Shown here: one piece after another, positions 45,916 to 59,359 of the stretch
Layout: each line of letters opens with the position of its first letter
Numbering within the stretch: position 1 is the stretch's first letter
Source: Anaeromyxobacter sp.
GTDB taxonomy: Bacteria > Myxococcota > Myxococcia > Myxococcales > Anaeromyxobacteraceae
Assembly (NCBI GenBank): GCA_049840735.1
Contig: JASGJN010000013.1
Location: forward strand, 512,001-576,000
Direction: 5' to 3'
Length of the DNA: 64,000 nucleotides
Position numbers and translations under genes: made by a program
Notes under the pieces: generated by a model
Database searches by the model: none
What the model was told of the DNA's origin: nothing
Seen by the model: only the letters and a program-made list of their open reading frames with translations

Positions 45916-46533
45916 CTAGATGAGGTAGATGAGGGGGAAGACGAAGATCCGAATCAGGTCGACCAGGTGCCAGTACAGGCCGGCCAGCTCCACCGGCACG
46001 TGGTACTCGGCCGAGTAGGCGCCGCGCCAGGCGCGGAAGCCGATGACGGCCAGCACGGTCATCCCGATGATCACGTGCACGCCGTGGAGGCCGGTGATCA
46101 GGAAGTAGAGCGCCCAGAACAGCGGGGCGCCCGGCGCCTGCACGGCCTCGTAGGCGTAGTACATGCCCGGTAGCTGGTGCTCGTGGAAGTGATGCCCGTA
46201 CTCCACGTACTTGAGGCAGAGGAAGACCACGCCCGCCGCCACCGAGAGAAAGAAGAGCTGGGCGCAGCGCTTGTTGTTGCCGCGCGCGGCCGCGTCGAGC
46301 CCCATGGCCACGGTGAAGGACGACGACACCAGCACGATGGTGTTGACGAGGCCGTAGCTGGTCTCGATGGCGCGGCTGGAGGCGGCGAAGGCCTCCGGGT
46401 ACAGGTAGCGGTAGACCGCGTAGGCCGCGAAGAGCGCGGTGAAGAGCAGGATTCGGTGGCCAGGAAGAGCCACATGCCCAGGCGCGCGGCGTGGGTCTGC
46501 GTCTCCAGGCTGTCGAAGTGGTGCGCGAGCGGG

Positions 46534-46544
<11 letters not shown>
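45916..46544 (-). CDS. coxC: cytochrome c oxidase subunit III (frameshift near 46452)
   Basis: GMWLFLATE / LLFTALF, TGLHGVHV, GLYWHLVD. Confidence 0.9.
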
Positions 46545-48204
<1,660 letters not shown>

Positions 48205-48227
<23 letters not shown>

Positions 48228-49257
48228 AGGCCGGGCCCTCCGACGGTCCAGCGCGGACCGCCGAGGTTCGAAGGGACTTGATGTATTCGACGATGGCCGC
48301 CGTCTGCGGCGCCGCGAGCTGCCCCTGGTAGGTGGGCATCACGTTCTGGTAGCCGGCCACGAGCTCGGCCCCGGGGTCCATCATCGACCTGGTGAGGTAC
48401 GCCTCGTCGGCGACGATGCTCTTGCCGTTCTGGAGCTTCTCCTCACGCTGGTAGAGGTTCACCCAGGTCGGCCCGATGTGGCGGGAGCCGTCCACCGAGT
48501 GGCACTTGAGGCAGCCCTGCTCCGCCGCCACCCGCTCACCCTCGCGGATGAGGTTGGAGGCGGCCGGGATGACCTCGCCGGCGGTCGGGTTGGCGTCCTG
48601 CGCGGAGGCCAGCCCGCGGCGCTGCGCGGTCACCCACTGGTCGTATTCCTGCGGCGGCAGCACCACCAGCTCGCCCAGCATGCCGGAGTGGGCCAGGCCG
48701 CAGTACTCGGCGCAGAAGATCTCGTAGCGGCCGGGCTTGTCGGCCTTGAACCACGTCTGCGTGTAGCGGCCCGGCAGCGCGTCCTGCTTGATGCGCAGCG
48801 CCGGCACGTAGAACGAGTGGATCACGTCGCGCGAGGTGATGAGGAGCCGCACCGGCCGGCCCGCCGGCACGCGCAGCGTGTCCACGGCGTTGGGGCCGCC
48901 CGGGTAGGCGAACTTCCACATCCACTTCTTGCCCTGGACGTAGATGTCCATCGCGTCGGGGGGCGGCCGCTGCAGGCTCGCGAACTGCGGGAAGCCGATG
49001 GCGAACCAGAGCAGGAAGATGGCCAGCGGCCCGCCGATGAAGATCACCTCGTGGATGGTGCGCGGGGTGACGTGCGGGGTGGTCTCGTCCTCGGAGCGGC
49101 GCCGGTAGCGGACGAAGAAGTACAGCGCCGTCGCGAACACGCCGGTGGCCGCGATCATCGTGGTGATGATCACGAAGAAGTGGAGCTGGTCCACCTGGCG
49201 GGCGTACTCGCTCGCCTGGTCCGGGAGGAACAGCAGCCTGCGCAGGAGCTCGTTCAT
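48205..49257 (-). CDS. coxB: cytochrome c oxidase subunit II with C-terminal cytochrome c (caa3-type)
   Basis: [18 protein letters not shown]uA motif, CLKCH heme site. Confidence 0.93.
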
Positions 49258-50108
49258 GCCGTCTTCCTCGACTTGGCCCGCCGCTCACGCCACACCAGCC
49301 CGCCGATCAGGCCGGTCAGGCCCAGCAGCGCCGCCAGCGCGCCCGCGCGCACGATGCCGAACGCGTAGGGCTCGTACTTCCGCGAGGCGGGGTCGTACCG
49401 GTAGCAGGTCAGCAGCAGGCGATCGAAGCTCGTGCCGACCTTGCCGCCGGCCGCCTCGACCACCGCGAGCCTGAAGTCCTTGTTGGGATACTCGATGCCG
49501 TACAGGTAGCGGGAGACGCGGCCGTCCGGCGTCAGGACGAAGATTGCCGCCACGTGCGCCCACTCGCCGGAGACCTCGTCGAGCTTGTAGTGGAAGCCCA
49601 CCGCGTCGGCGACGGCGCGCGAGGCCTCGGCGCTGCCCACCAGGAACGGCCAGGCGTCGCCGGCGTCCTGCTTCCCCATCGACTGGAGGTAGCCGCGCCG
49701 CCGCTCGGCGGCCAGCCCCGGCCGCTCCGCCGGGTCGAAGGAGATGGTCAGCGGCTGGTAGTCCTTGCCCAGCTCCAGCCCGTTCTCGCGGAGCGTGCGG
49801 GCCATGCCGGAGAGCATCAGGCCGCAGAGCATGGGGCAGTCGTAGTAGACCAGCGCCAGCACCACCGGCCGGTGGCCCTGGAAGGCCTGGCGCAGCGTGG
49901 TCGGCCGCCCCTGCCAGTCGGTGAAGGGCGTGTCGAGCGGCACCTGCGCGCCCAGCTTCTCGTCGATCCGGACCTCCTCCAGCGCCAGCGGCGCCACGTC
50001 CGGCGGGGTGCCGCCGTGGTCGGGCGCGCGCCAGAACTGGGCGTGCGCCGGCGCCGCGGCGAGGAGGGCGGCGGCGGCGGCCGCGGCCTGGAGACGGCGC
50101 AGGGTCAC
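49254..50108 (-). CDS. SCO/SenC copper chaperone
   Basis: YYDCPMLC, WAH, GRVSRYLYG. Confidence 0.9.
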   Translation of the reverse strand: MTLRRLQAAAAAAALLAAAPAHAQFWRAPDHGGTPPDVAPLALEEVRIDEKLGAQVPLDTPFTDWQGRPTTLRQAFQGHRPVVLALVYYDCPMLCGLMLSGMARTLRENGLELGKDYQPLTISFDPAERPGLAAERRRGYLQSMGKQDAGDAWPFLVGSAEASRAVADAVGFHYKLDEVSGEWAHVAAIFVLTPDGRVSRYLYGIEYPNKDFRLAVVEAAGGKVGTSFDRLLLTCYRYDPASRKYEPYAFGIVRAGALAALLGLTGLIGGLVWRERRAKSRKTA

Positions 50109-50524
50109 GGCTGCGCCCCCGGCGACGAGGCGGCGTCGGGCGGGACCACGCCCGGGCGGACACCGCCGGCAACCAGCGCCATGGCGTCCTCGATGGGGAT
50201 GTGGGCCAGGCCGGCCTGGCGGTCCACCCAGCCGTAGGAGCCCAGCTGCTTCAGCTGGAGGGCGCGCTGGTTCTGGCCACGGACGGTGAGGTCGAAGAGC
50301 TGCTGCTCGACCAGGCCGATCTTGCTCTGGCCCATCTCGGCCGGCATGGGCGGCGGCACGTAGTCCGCGCCCTTGTAGCGGTAGTAGCCGACCGCCGCCA
50401 GCGAGGCGATGAAGAAGACCACCAGCGAGCCGAGGCCCACCGCCAGGATGGCCGTCGTGTTGACCACGTCCGGCTCGGCCCGTACGGCGTGGCCGTGCGT
50501 GTCGTGTTCGGAGTGCGTGCTCAT
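50105..50524 (-). CDS. small membrane protein, ActG-like
   Basis: One TM helix, LGSYGWVD..AHIPIEDAM; follows actF. Confidence 0.65.
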   Translation of the reverse strand: MSTHSEHDTHGHAVRAEPDVVNTTAILAVGLGSLVVFFIASLAAVGYYRYKGADYVPPPMPAEMGQSKIGLVEQQLFDLTVRGQNQRALQLKQLGSYGWVDRQAGLAHIPIEDAMALVAGGVRPGVVPPDAASSPGAQP

Positions 50525-51703
50525 TGCGGCAGGTACCTCAGCGAGTCCTCGAGGTAGGGGTCGCGGACCGGGACGGCCACCGTCCCGCGCATCCGCGCCA
50601 CGACGAAGGCGATGGCCACCCCGCCCACGCCCACGAAGGCCGTCACGTCCCACAGCGAGAAGTGCGGGCCGCCCTCGTCGAGGTGGGGCATGACCAGCCA
50701 GTAGGAGATTGACCCAGTGGACGAAGAGCAGCCAGAGCGCCACGCGGGAGAGGCGGCGCGGGTCGCGCTTCCGGTCGCGGGAGAGGAGCAGGAAGAACGG
50801 CACCACGAAGTGGAGGGCCGCCAGGAACACCGCCACCCAGAGCCAGCCGCCGTTGGTGCGGAGGATGTACCAGGGCACCTCCTCCGGCACGTTGGCGATC
50901 CAGATGAGCAGGAACTGGGAGAAGGCCACGTAGGCCCAGAAGGCGGTGAAGGCCAGCAGGAACTTGCCCAGCGAGTGGAAGTGCTCGGCGCTCATGTGGG
51001 CGCCGAACTGGGTCAGGTCGTTCCGGGTGGCGGTGCCGGCCAGGATGGTCACCGCGAAGGTCGCCACGAAGGAGCCAGCGAACCAGTAGACGCCGAAGAT
51101 GGTGGAGAAGAAGCGCGGGTCGATCGACATGAGCCAGTCGAAGGCCGCGAAGGTGAGGGTCAGGGCCAGCAGCGGGAGCGCGCCCGCGCCCAGCCGGCGC
51201 TGCCACTTGGTCAGCGTCACGCCGCCCTGCTGGTCCTGGCGGATGGACCAGGCGCGCAGGAGGTGGCCGATGACGAACCAGCAGAGGAAGTAGAAGACGG
51301 CCCGGCCGATGAAGAACGGCACGTTGAGGTAGGGCGCCTTGTGCTCCGCCGCGTGCCGCAGCTCGCCGGCCAGGGCCTCGGGGTGGATCCAGGGGAAGAG
51401 GTGGTTCATGCCCCACACGATGGGGATGAACAGCACCGCGAAGAGCGGCACGGCCGCGGGCAGGTGCTCGAGGAAGCGGCGCAGCACCACCGGCCAGCGG
51501 GCGTTGGAGGCGTGGAACGCGCCCAGCAGGATCAGCGCGCCCAGCGCGATGCCCAGCCAGTACACGAAGGCCACCAGGTAGGCGTAGAGCGCGCGCTGCG
51601 GGCTGAGGAACCCGCCCACCGCGGTGAGCGCCAGGGCCACCACCCCCACGGCGCCGGCGCGGACCATGAGCGTCCGGCCGCCCTGGAACGGGGTCAGCGT
51701 CAT
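50521..51703 (-). CDS. actF: alternative complex III subunit F (frameshift near 50706)
   Basis: [46 protein letters not shown]. Confidence 0.88.
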
Positions 51704-52279
51704 GGCGTCCCCCGATCCAGCTTCTCGCGCGCCGCCGGCGGCAGCTTGTCCGCCGGCGCGTGCTGGCTCAGCTGCAGCGCGCGGACGTAGGCGACCACCG
51801 CCCACCGGTCCTGCACCGACAGCTCCTGGGCGTACGATGCCCATGAGTCCGAATCCCTCCGAGATGACCTGGTAGATGTGGCCGTCCGGCACGTCGCGGT
51901 AGAGGTGCAGCGACGGCGGGCGGCGCAGCGACATGTTCATGGCCAGCTGGCTCTCGCCGTCGCCGAGCACGCCGTGGCAGACGGCGCAGTGGATGTCGAA
52001 GCGGCTGCGGCCGCGGGCCAGCAGCTTCTCGTCTACCGGCACCGGCGACAGCGCCACCGGCTTGCCATCCGGGCCGCGCCCGGTGGCCACCGCCGGCTCC
52101 AGCGGCACGCCGTAGGGGACGGTCCCCTCCGGCGGCGCGCGCGTGGCCAGGCCGTCGGAGTGGAACTCGCTGGCCTGGTAGGCCTTGTACTTCTGCTGGC
52201 GCTGCATCGGGTCGAGGCGCGGGCAGCCGGTGAGGACCGCCAGCGCGGCCAGCGGCAGGAGGAGGGTCGAGGGCTTCAC
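51700..52279 (-). CDS. actE: alternative complex III monoheme cytochrome c lipoprotein (frameshift near 51841)
   Basis: LTGC lipobox, [21 protein letters not shown]. Confidence 0.88.
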
Positions 52280-52830
52280 GTCGTCGCCTCCGGGACGATC
52301 GAGACCTGCCGGGCGCCCAGCCGCCGCAGCTCGGCCGCGAGCGGCTCGGCGTCGCCCGCCGGCACCGCCGCCGACAGCCACAGGCCGTCGATGCTGGCCG
52401 AGCGGAAGGCCTCGACCTCGAAGACCGGGTGGTGGACGCGCGGGAACCGGAAGTAGGCGAAGAGCAGGCCGAGGAAGATGCTGAGCGACGCGAAGAGCAC
52501 GCCCAGCTCGAAGGTGACCGGGATGAAGGCCGGCGCGCTGTGCGGCGGGCGGTTGCCCACGTTGAGCGGCCAGTCGTACCCGACCATGAACCACTGGATG
52601 AAGTAGCCGGTGCAGGCGCCGGTGACGCCGGCGCACAGCGTGACCAGCGGCACGGTGGACCGCTTCAGCCCCAGCGCCTCGTCGGCGCCGTGCAGCGGGT
52701 ACGGGGAGTGGATGTCCAGCGTCCCCTTCCCCTGCGTGCGCAGGGTGCGGGCGGCGTCGAGGAGCGCGTGCTCCTCGGGGAACTCGCCCAGGACGTAGGC
52801 GGTGGTCGGGAGCGCGGTGACCGTGCTCAT
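52276..52830 (-). CDS. actD: alternative complex III subunit D (DUF3341)
   Basis: [29 protein letters not shown]. Confidence 0.88.
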   Translation of the reverse strand: MSTVTALPTTAYVLGEFPEEHALLDAARTLRTQGKGTLDIHSPYPLHGADEALGLKRSTVPLVTLCAGVTGACTGYFIQWFMVGYDWPLNVGNRPPHSAPAFIPVTFELGVLFASLSIFLGLLFAYFRFPRVHHPVFEVEAFRSASIDGLWLSAAVPAGDAEPLAAELRRLGARQVSIVPEATT

Positions 52831-54250
52831 GCGTGCCCCCCGTGCGCGGCCGAGGCCGTGCCCCTGGCGTGGTGGTCGTTGTGCTCCAGCTCGCGCCGCA
52901 GCTCCTTGACCTCGGAGATGGGGATGGCCGGCAGGAAGCGGAGGAAGAGCAGGAACAGGACGCCGAAGGTGCTCATGGAGCCGAAGAGCAGGCCCCAGTC
53001 CACCCAGGTCGGCGTGTAGTTGGCCCAGCTGCCGGGGATGAAGTCGCGCGTGAGCGTGACCGCGATGATCACGAACCGCTCGGCCCACATCCCGATGTTG
53101 ACCAGGATGGAGACCGCGAACAGCACCACCAGGTTGTTGCGCCAGCGCGGGAACCAGAACACCTGCGGCGCCACCACGTTGCAGAAGACCTGCATGGCGT
53201 AGATGGGCCAGTAGGGGCCGATGAGCCGGTTGTAGAAGGCGTACCACTCCGCCTCGGAGCCGGAGTACCAGGCGATGAACCACTCCATCGCGTAGCCGTA
53301 GGAGACCATCAGGCCGGTCGCGAGGATCACCTTCGCCATGTTGTCCAGGTGGCGCATGGTGACCACGTGCTCGAAGCCGAGCAGCTTCCGCGCCGGGATC
53401 ATCAGCGTGATGACCATGGCGAAGCCGGAGAAGATGGCGCCGGCCACGAAGTAGGGCGGGAAGATGGTGGTGTGCCAGCCCGGCAGCTGCGAGATGGCGA
53501 AGTCGAAGGACACGATGGTGTGCACCGAGACCACCAGCGGCGTGGACAGGCCGGCCAGCAGCAGGTAGCCGACGCGCCAGTGCTGCCAGTGGCGGGCCGA
53601 GCCGCGCCACCCGAAGGACATCACGCCGTAGACGAGCCGCTGCACGCGGTTGGTGGCCGAGTCGCGCAGCGTGGCCAGGTCGGGGATGAGCCCCAGGTAC
53701 CAGAAGAGGAACGAGACCGTGGCGTAGGTGGAGATCGCGAACACGTCCCAGGGGAGCGCGCTCTTGAAGTTGGGCCAGAGCTGGTTCGTGGACGGGTACG
53801 GGATCAGCCACCAGAAGAGCCAGGGGCGGCCCAGGTGGATGATCGGGTACATGCCGGCCATGGCCACCGCGAAGAGCGTCATGGCCTCGGCGAAGCGGTT
53901 GATCGAGGTGCGCCACTTCTGCTGGAACAGCAGCAGGATGGCGCTGATCAGCGTGCCGGCGTGGCCGATGCCGATCCACCAGACGAAGTTGGTGATGTCG
54001 AAGGCCCAGGCGACGGGGTTGTTGTTGCCCCACACGCCGATGCCCACGAACAGCGTCATGAAGAGCGACAGGAGCCAGAAGCCCATGCCGCACATCAGGA
54101 CGCCGAGCAGGATGAGGAAGCCCTTGCGCGTCGGCCCGAGCACGGGCTTCGAGCAGGCTCTCCGTCAGCGCCCGGTCGTCGGGCCGGCCCACCAGGACCG
54201 GCGTCGTCTCGAGCGGATCCACTTTCCGCGATGGTCTGGGCGGTGCTCAT
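52827..54250 (-). CDS. actC: alternative complex III subunit C, NrfD/PsrC family (frameshift near 54148)
   Basis: [57 protein letters not shown]. Confidence 0.92.
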
Positions 54251-57202
54251 GCGAGGTCGGGGTTCGGGTTGCGGAGCTTGACCAGGTAGGCGGTGCGCGG
54301 CCGCGTCCCCAGCTCGTGGAGGAGGTCGTAGCCGGCGCTCGTCGCTGTGCCGCTTCGAGACGGCCGACTCCGGGTCATTGAGGTTGCCGAACACGATGGC
54401 CTCGGTCGGGCAGGCCTGCTGGCAGGCGGAGACGACCTCGTCGCCGCCGATCTTGCGCCCCTCCGACCGGGCGGCGACGCGGTGCCGCTGAATCCGCTGC
54501 GTGCAGTAGGTGCACTTCTCCATCACGCCGCGGGCCCGGACGGTGACGTCCGGGTTCATCAGCATCTTGAGCTCGGGCTCCATGGTCCCGCGCCAGTCCA
54601 GGTAGTTGAAGCGCCGGACCTTGTACGGGCAGTTGTTGGAGCAGTACCGGGTACCGACGCACCGGTTGTAGACCATCTCGTTCAGCCCCTCCTCCGAGTG
54701 CACGGTCGCGTTGACCGGGCAGACGTACTCGCAGGGGGCCGTCTCGCAGTGCACGCAGGCCAGCGGCTGCGTGACGCTCTGCGGGTCCTCGACCGGACCC
54801 TCGAAGTAGCGATCCACCCGCAGCCAGTGCATCTCGCGGCTGCGCGCCACCATCTCCTTGCCGACGACCGGGATGTTGTTCTCGGCCTGGCAGGCGACCG
54901 TGCACGCGCCGCAGCCGATGCAGCGCGACAGGTCGATGGCCATGCCCCACTTGTACTCGTTCTTCGAGTAGTCCACCGGGGCGTGGATGCTGATGGGCGC
55001 GCCGCGCAGCTCCTCCAGCTGCTCCTGGTGGTGCTGGAGCTCGGCGGCGTCCACCGAGAGGGCGATCTCGCGCCCCTCCATGGAGAAGTGCTCCTGGGTC
55101 GTGACCAGCTTGACCTTGGCGCCGGTCTTGCGCGCCTGGAGGCCGGACGCGAACCAGGTGCCGGCGGTGCGCAGCGGGTAGGCGTCGAAGCCGGCGCCCT
55201 TCCCCACCGCGCCGGCGACCCGCTGGCCGTAGCCGAGCGGCAGCGTGACGGCGCCGTCGGCGTGGCCGGGCACCACGCGCGCCGGGGCGCTGACGGTGCG
55301 GCCGCCCAGGGAGAGCTCGAGCACCTCGCCGTCGGCCACGCCCAGCTGCTTGGCGGTGGCGGACGAGAGGAGCGCGGCGTTGTCCCAGGTGAGCTTGGTG
55401 ATGGGGTCCGGGAACTCCTGCAGCCAGGCGTTCTCGAGGAACCGGCCGTCGTGGACGCTGTAGTCGGCCACGAAGGAGACCTCGAGCCCCTCGCCCGGCG
55501 CCTTGAGCGCGCGCAGCGCCTCGGCCACGCGGCCGGCGTCCACCGCCGGCGCCTCCGGGGCCACGGCGCTGCCCGGGATCAGGCCGGCGGCGAGCCAGCC
55601 GTCCCAGCGGCCGCCGAAGCCGGCCTCGCCGGTCCGGACCTTCCAGCCGTCCTGGACGATCCGGTGGGCCCCGCGGTCGCCCTCGTCGAGGAAGGCGGCC
55701 AGCAGCTCCACCTCGGAGACGCTCTCGTGCAGCGGCGCCAGCAGCGGCTGCACGATGGACACCGAGCCGTCGCGGCTGCGCAGGTCGCCCCAGGTCTCGA
55801 GCGGATGCGACGCGGCCAGGATCCAGCCGGAGGCCTGGACGGTCTCGTCGTCGCGCTGCGCGAGCGTGATGACGGTCTTGGCCTTGGGCAGGCGCGCGCG
55901 GAGCTCCAGCTCGGCCGGCGCGGTGTGGAGCGGGTTCCAGGCGGTGACGACCAGCGTGTCCACCTGGCCCGCGTCCAGCTCCTTCGCCAGCGTGGCCAGC
56001 CCCTGGCCTCCGCCCTCGGGCAGGACCGGCGGGCGGTACTCGACCGTGTGCCCGGCGTTGCCGAGCGCGTCGTTGAGGGCCGCGGCCAGCGCGTGCACCG
56101 CCGCCGGCTGCCGCGCCCCCGCCGCCACCAGCGACCGCCCGCGGGCGCGGGCCAGGTCGGCGGCGACCGCGGCGGCGGCCTTGGCGTGCGGCCCGGAGGC
56201 CGGCGCGCCCAGCGGCGCCAGCGCCGAGAGGCCGTGCTTCCCGGCCAGCTCGGCGGCCACGGCGCGGGCGAACCCGGCCACCTCGCCGGAGCGCATCCGC
56301 AGCCGGTGGTCGGCCATGCCGCCGGTGACGCTGTAGCGCGCCTCGGCGACGTAGAGCCGGTTCATCCTGTCGCCGGTGCGCCGGGCTGCGAACTCGCGCG
56401 CCTGGCGCAGCGGTTCGCCCTCGCGGGCCAGCAGGTCCGCGTCGAGCGAGAGGATCACGTCGGCGTCCGCCAGCTTCCAGGTCGGCTCGAGCGGGCGGCC
56501 GAAGGCGGCCTGGGCGCCGGCCCGCACCGCGTCGTCGGTGGTGGCGGACCAGGCGTCGAACCTGGCCTTGGGCAGGCGGGCCAGGATCCGCTGCTGCAGC
56601 CCCTGCAGCGTGGGCGAGCTGGTGGGCTCGACCAGGAAGCGGAGGCGCGCTCCGCCGTCCTGCGCGTGCTTCCGCGCCAGCGTCGAGAGCTCCTCGAACA
56701 GCCCGGTGGCGGAGACCGGCTGGTTGCCCACCTTGAAGCCGCGCAGCCGCGCCGGATCGTAGAGGTCGAGGATCCAGGCCTGGAGGATGGGATCGGTGCC
56801 GCCGCGGGTCGCGGGGTGCTCGGGGTTCCCGTCGATCTTGGTGGGCCGCCCTTCCCAGGCGGTCACCACCAGCCCCACCGCGCGGCCGTCGCGGCTGGCC
56901 GCGGTGGCGAACGTGTTGGGCAGGCTGGGCGTGGTGCCGGCGGCGGGCCGGACCCAGGAGACGACCTTCTCGCGCGGCGGCTTGCAGCCGGTCACGCCGG
57001 CCAGCGCGGCCGACGCGCCGAGGATCTGCAGGAAGCTGCGGCGGCCGAAGCCCTCCGGCGTCTCGGCGGCGCGCTCGGCGCCCTCCGGGAACTCGCGGGT
57101 GGCGTCCGGCTTGGCGCCGTGCTCCGCGACGCTGCGCCAGCGCCGCTCGCCGAGGAGATCGGGGCGCTTCTGTCCGTAGATGGGGAGGCCTAGCGATGGC
57201 AT
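54247..57202 (-). CDS. actB: alternative complex III subunit B (molybdopterin-like plus Fe-S; frameshift near 54333)
   Basis: Tat motif RRSFLQ, GRPTKIDGNPEHP, CIGCGACTVAC, CVHCETAPCEYVCP, RGVMEKCTYC. Confidence 0.92.
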
Positions 57203-57840
57203 GTGTAGCACGCGGTGCGGGGTTTGACGTCGTTCTTGACGGCGAGCGCCTTCCCGAGCTCGACGGGATCACCGTCGGGTGCCCAGGTCATGCTCGTGAC
57301 CTGATCCAGGGGGCGGAGGTTCGGGTACGGGTTGCGGTGGCAGTCGAGGCACCGGCCCATGGTCAGCGGCTGGACCTGCTCGATGGCGGCCATCTCGTCG
57401 ACGCGCCCGTGGCAGGTGACGCACCCCACGCCCTTGGTCACGTGCGCGGCGTGGTTGAAGTAGACGAAGTCCGGGAGCTTGTGGACGCGCGTCCACTGGA
57501 TGGGCTGGTTCGCGAACCAGGAGGCGCGCACCGCGTCCAGCAGCGGGCTCTTGTTCCAGACCTGCGAGTGGCAGTTCAGGCAGAGCTGCGTGGCCGGGAT
57601 GCCGGCGCTGGACGCCTTCTCGACGGAGGTGTGGCAGTACCGGCAGTCGATCAGGTCGTCCTTGACGTGGTGCCTGTGATCGAACTGGACCGGCTGGGCC
57701 ACCTGCTCCTGCTGGCCCGTGCCGTAGGGGGTCCGCCAGTACACCATGGCCCCGGCCACCGTCCCTCCGGCGCCAGCGACCAGGAATACGAGCACGAAGC
57801 GGAATAGGGCGTTGGATCTCGGACTGAAGAGTGCGCTCAT
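57190..57840 (-). CDS. actA: alternative complex III pentaheme cytochrome c
   Basis: Five CxxCH motifs (CRYCH, CLNCH, CVTCH, CLDCH, CYTCH) after a TM anchor. Confidence 0.92.
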   Translation of the reverse strand: MSALFSPRSNALFRFVLVFLVAGAGGTVAGAMVYWRTPYGTGQQEQVAQPVQFDHRHHVKDDLIDCRYCHTSVEKASSAGIPATQLCLNCHSQVWNKSPLLDAVRASWFANQPIQWTRVHKLPDFVYFNHAAHVTKGVGCVTCHGRVDEMAAIEQVQPLTMGRCLDCHRNPYPNLRPLDQVTSMTWAPDGDPVELGKALAVKNDVKPRTACYTCHR

Positions 57841-58092
57841 CGCGTGTGGCGCGCAGCCCGAGAGCTGGCTCCTGCGTTCCGATCCGGGATCTGGGCCCGC
57901 GCCGGGGCGTAAACTGTTCGGCGCTCCCCTTCTCCGGAAGGTCTCTGAAGGGGCAGATGCGGCCCGCGCGGACGAAAGTTGATGCGGGCGGTCATCGCGC
58001 CGAGGCCGTCACGGGACAGGGACGGGACGAGCGCAGCGCCGATGTGGGCCCGACCTCGGGGGCAGGGCGCGGTCCGCGCTAGACTGCCCTCC

Positions 58093-58773
58093 GTGCCCGT
58101 CTACCGTCTTCCCCGCGAGCCCGTCTTCCCGGATCCGTCGGACGCGGATCCGGACGGGCTGCTGGCGGTGGGGGGTGATCTCTCGCCGAAACGTCTGTTG
58201 ACCGCGTACGCAGAGGGCATCTTCCCCTGGTACTCCGGCGACAGCCCCATCCTCTGGTGGTCGCCGGATCCGCGCCTGGTGCTGGAGCCGGCGGCGCTCC
58301 ATGTGCCGCGCTCGCTGCGGCGGACCATGAAGCAGGGCCGTTTCCGGTTCACGGCGGACACGGCCTTCGGCCAGGTCATCCGGCGCTGCGCCGCGCGCGA
58401 GCGGCCGGGGCAGGACGGCACCTGGATCACCGACGAGATGGTCGAGGCCTACGACCAGCTCCACGCCCTGGGCGCGGCGCACGCGTTCGAGGCCTGGGAC
58501 GACGAGGGGCTGGCGGGCGGCCTCTACGGCGTGTCGCTGGGCGCGGCGTTCTTCGGGGAGTCGATGTTCGCCGACCGGCCGGACGCGTCCAAGGCGGCCT
58601 TCGTGACGGCGGTGGAGTGGCTGGCGGCGCAGGGCATCGGCCTCGTCGACTGCCAGGTCAAGACCGAGCACCTGCAGCGCTTCGGCGCGCGCGAGGTGCC
58701 GCGGGCCGAGTTCCTGCGGCGGCTGGCGGAGGCGCTGGAGCGGCCGACGCTGAAGGGGCCGTGGAGGTTGTGA
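58093..58773 (+). CDS. aat: leucyl/phenylalanyl-tRNA--protein transferase
   Basis: GLLAVGGDL, GIFPW, WWSPDPR, GTWI, GGLYGV, FFGESMF, ASK, DCQ. Confidence 0.95.
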   Translation: MPVYRLPREPVFPDPSDADPDGLLAVGGDLSPKRLLTAYAEGIFPWYSGDSPILWWSPDPRLVLEPAALHVPRSLRRTMKQGRFRFTADTAFGQVIRRCAARERPGQDGTWITDEMVEAYDQLHALGAAHAFEAWDDEGLAGGLYGVSLGAAFFGESMFADRPDASKAAFVTAVEWLAAQGIGLVDCQVKTEHLQRFGAREVPRAEFLRRLAEALERPTLKGPWRL

Positions 58774-58790
58774 GGGCGCGGCGGGTGGGG

Positions 58791-59297
58791 TCAGCCCCGT
58801 CGCGCCGCCCGGGCCTTCGCGGCTTTCACGCTGCGAGAACGCTTCGCCGCAGGAGCCTTCCTCGCCTTCGGCGCCCGCCTCTCCTCCAGCAGCGCCGCGG
58901 TCCGCTCCGCCTGGGCTTCGTCGAGCGCCTTGACCAGCTTCTTGGGCGCGACGGCGCGGTAGCTCTCCTCGATCCAGCTCCGCAGCGCCGGGAGCGGCGG
59001 CCACTCGCCCGCCGGCCGGACCTTGGGCCGCTTCATGCCCGCCGGGAAGGACGCGGTGACCCAGCCGTGCTGCCCCATGCCGTAGTGGGTGGGCTCGCAG
59101 AACGGGAACTGCAGCGCCCCCTCGCTGCTCCAGGGGAGCTTCACCGAGACCGAGAGGTCCGGCTCGTCGTTGCTCATGAAGACGAACGCCTTGCCGCGGA
59201 CCTTGATGAGGCGGTGGCCCCAGGGGAAGTCCTCGTGGGTCTCCGGGAAGGTGAGGGCGAAGGCGCGGACCTCGAGCTCTGCGGGGTGGACGGGCAT
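58791..59297 (-). CDS. MmcQ/YjbR family protein
   Basis: EDFPWG..KVRGKAF, YGMGQHGWV, WIEESYRAVAPK. Confidence 0.85.
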   Translation of the reverse strand: MPVHPAELEVRAFALTFPETHEDFPWGHRLIKVRGKAFVFMSNDEPDLSVSVKLPWSSEGALQFPFCEPTHYGMGQHGWVTASFPAGMKRPKVRPAGEWPPLPALRSWIEESYRAVAPKKLVKALDEAQAERTAALLEERRAPKARKAPAAKRSRSVKAAKARAARRG

Positions 59298-59359
59298 GCG
59301 CTTTAGCCTAGCGCGTCCGCTGCGCCGCGGGTGGCCCTGGCGTGAGGGCGCCGACCGGC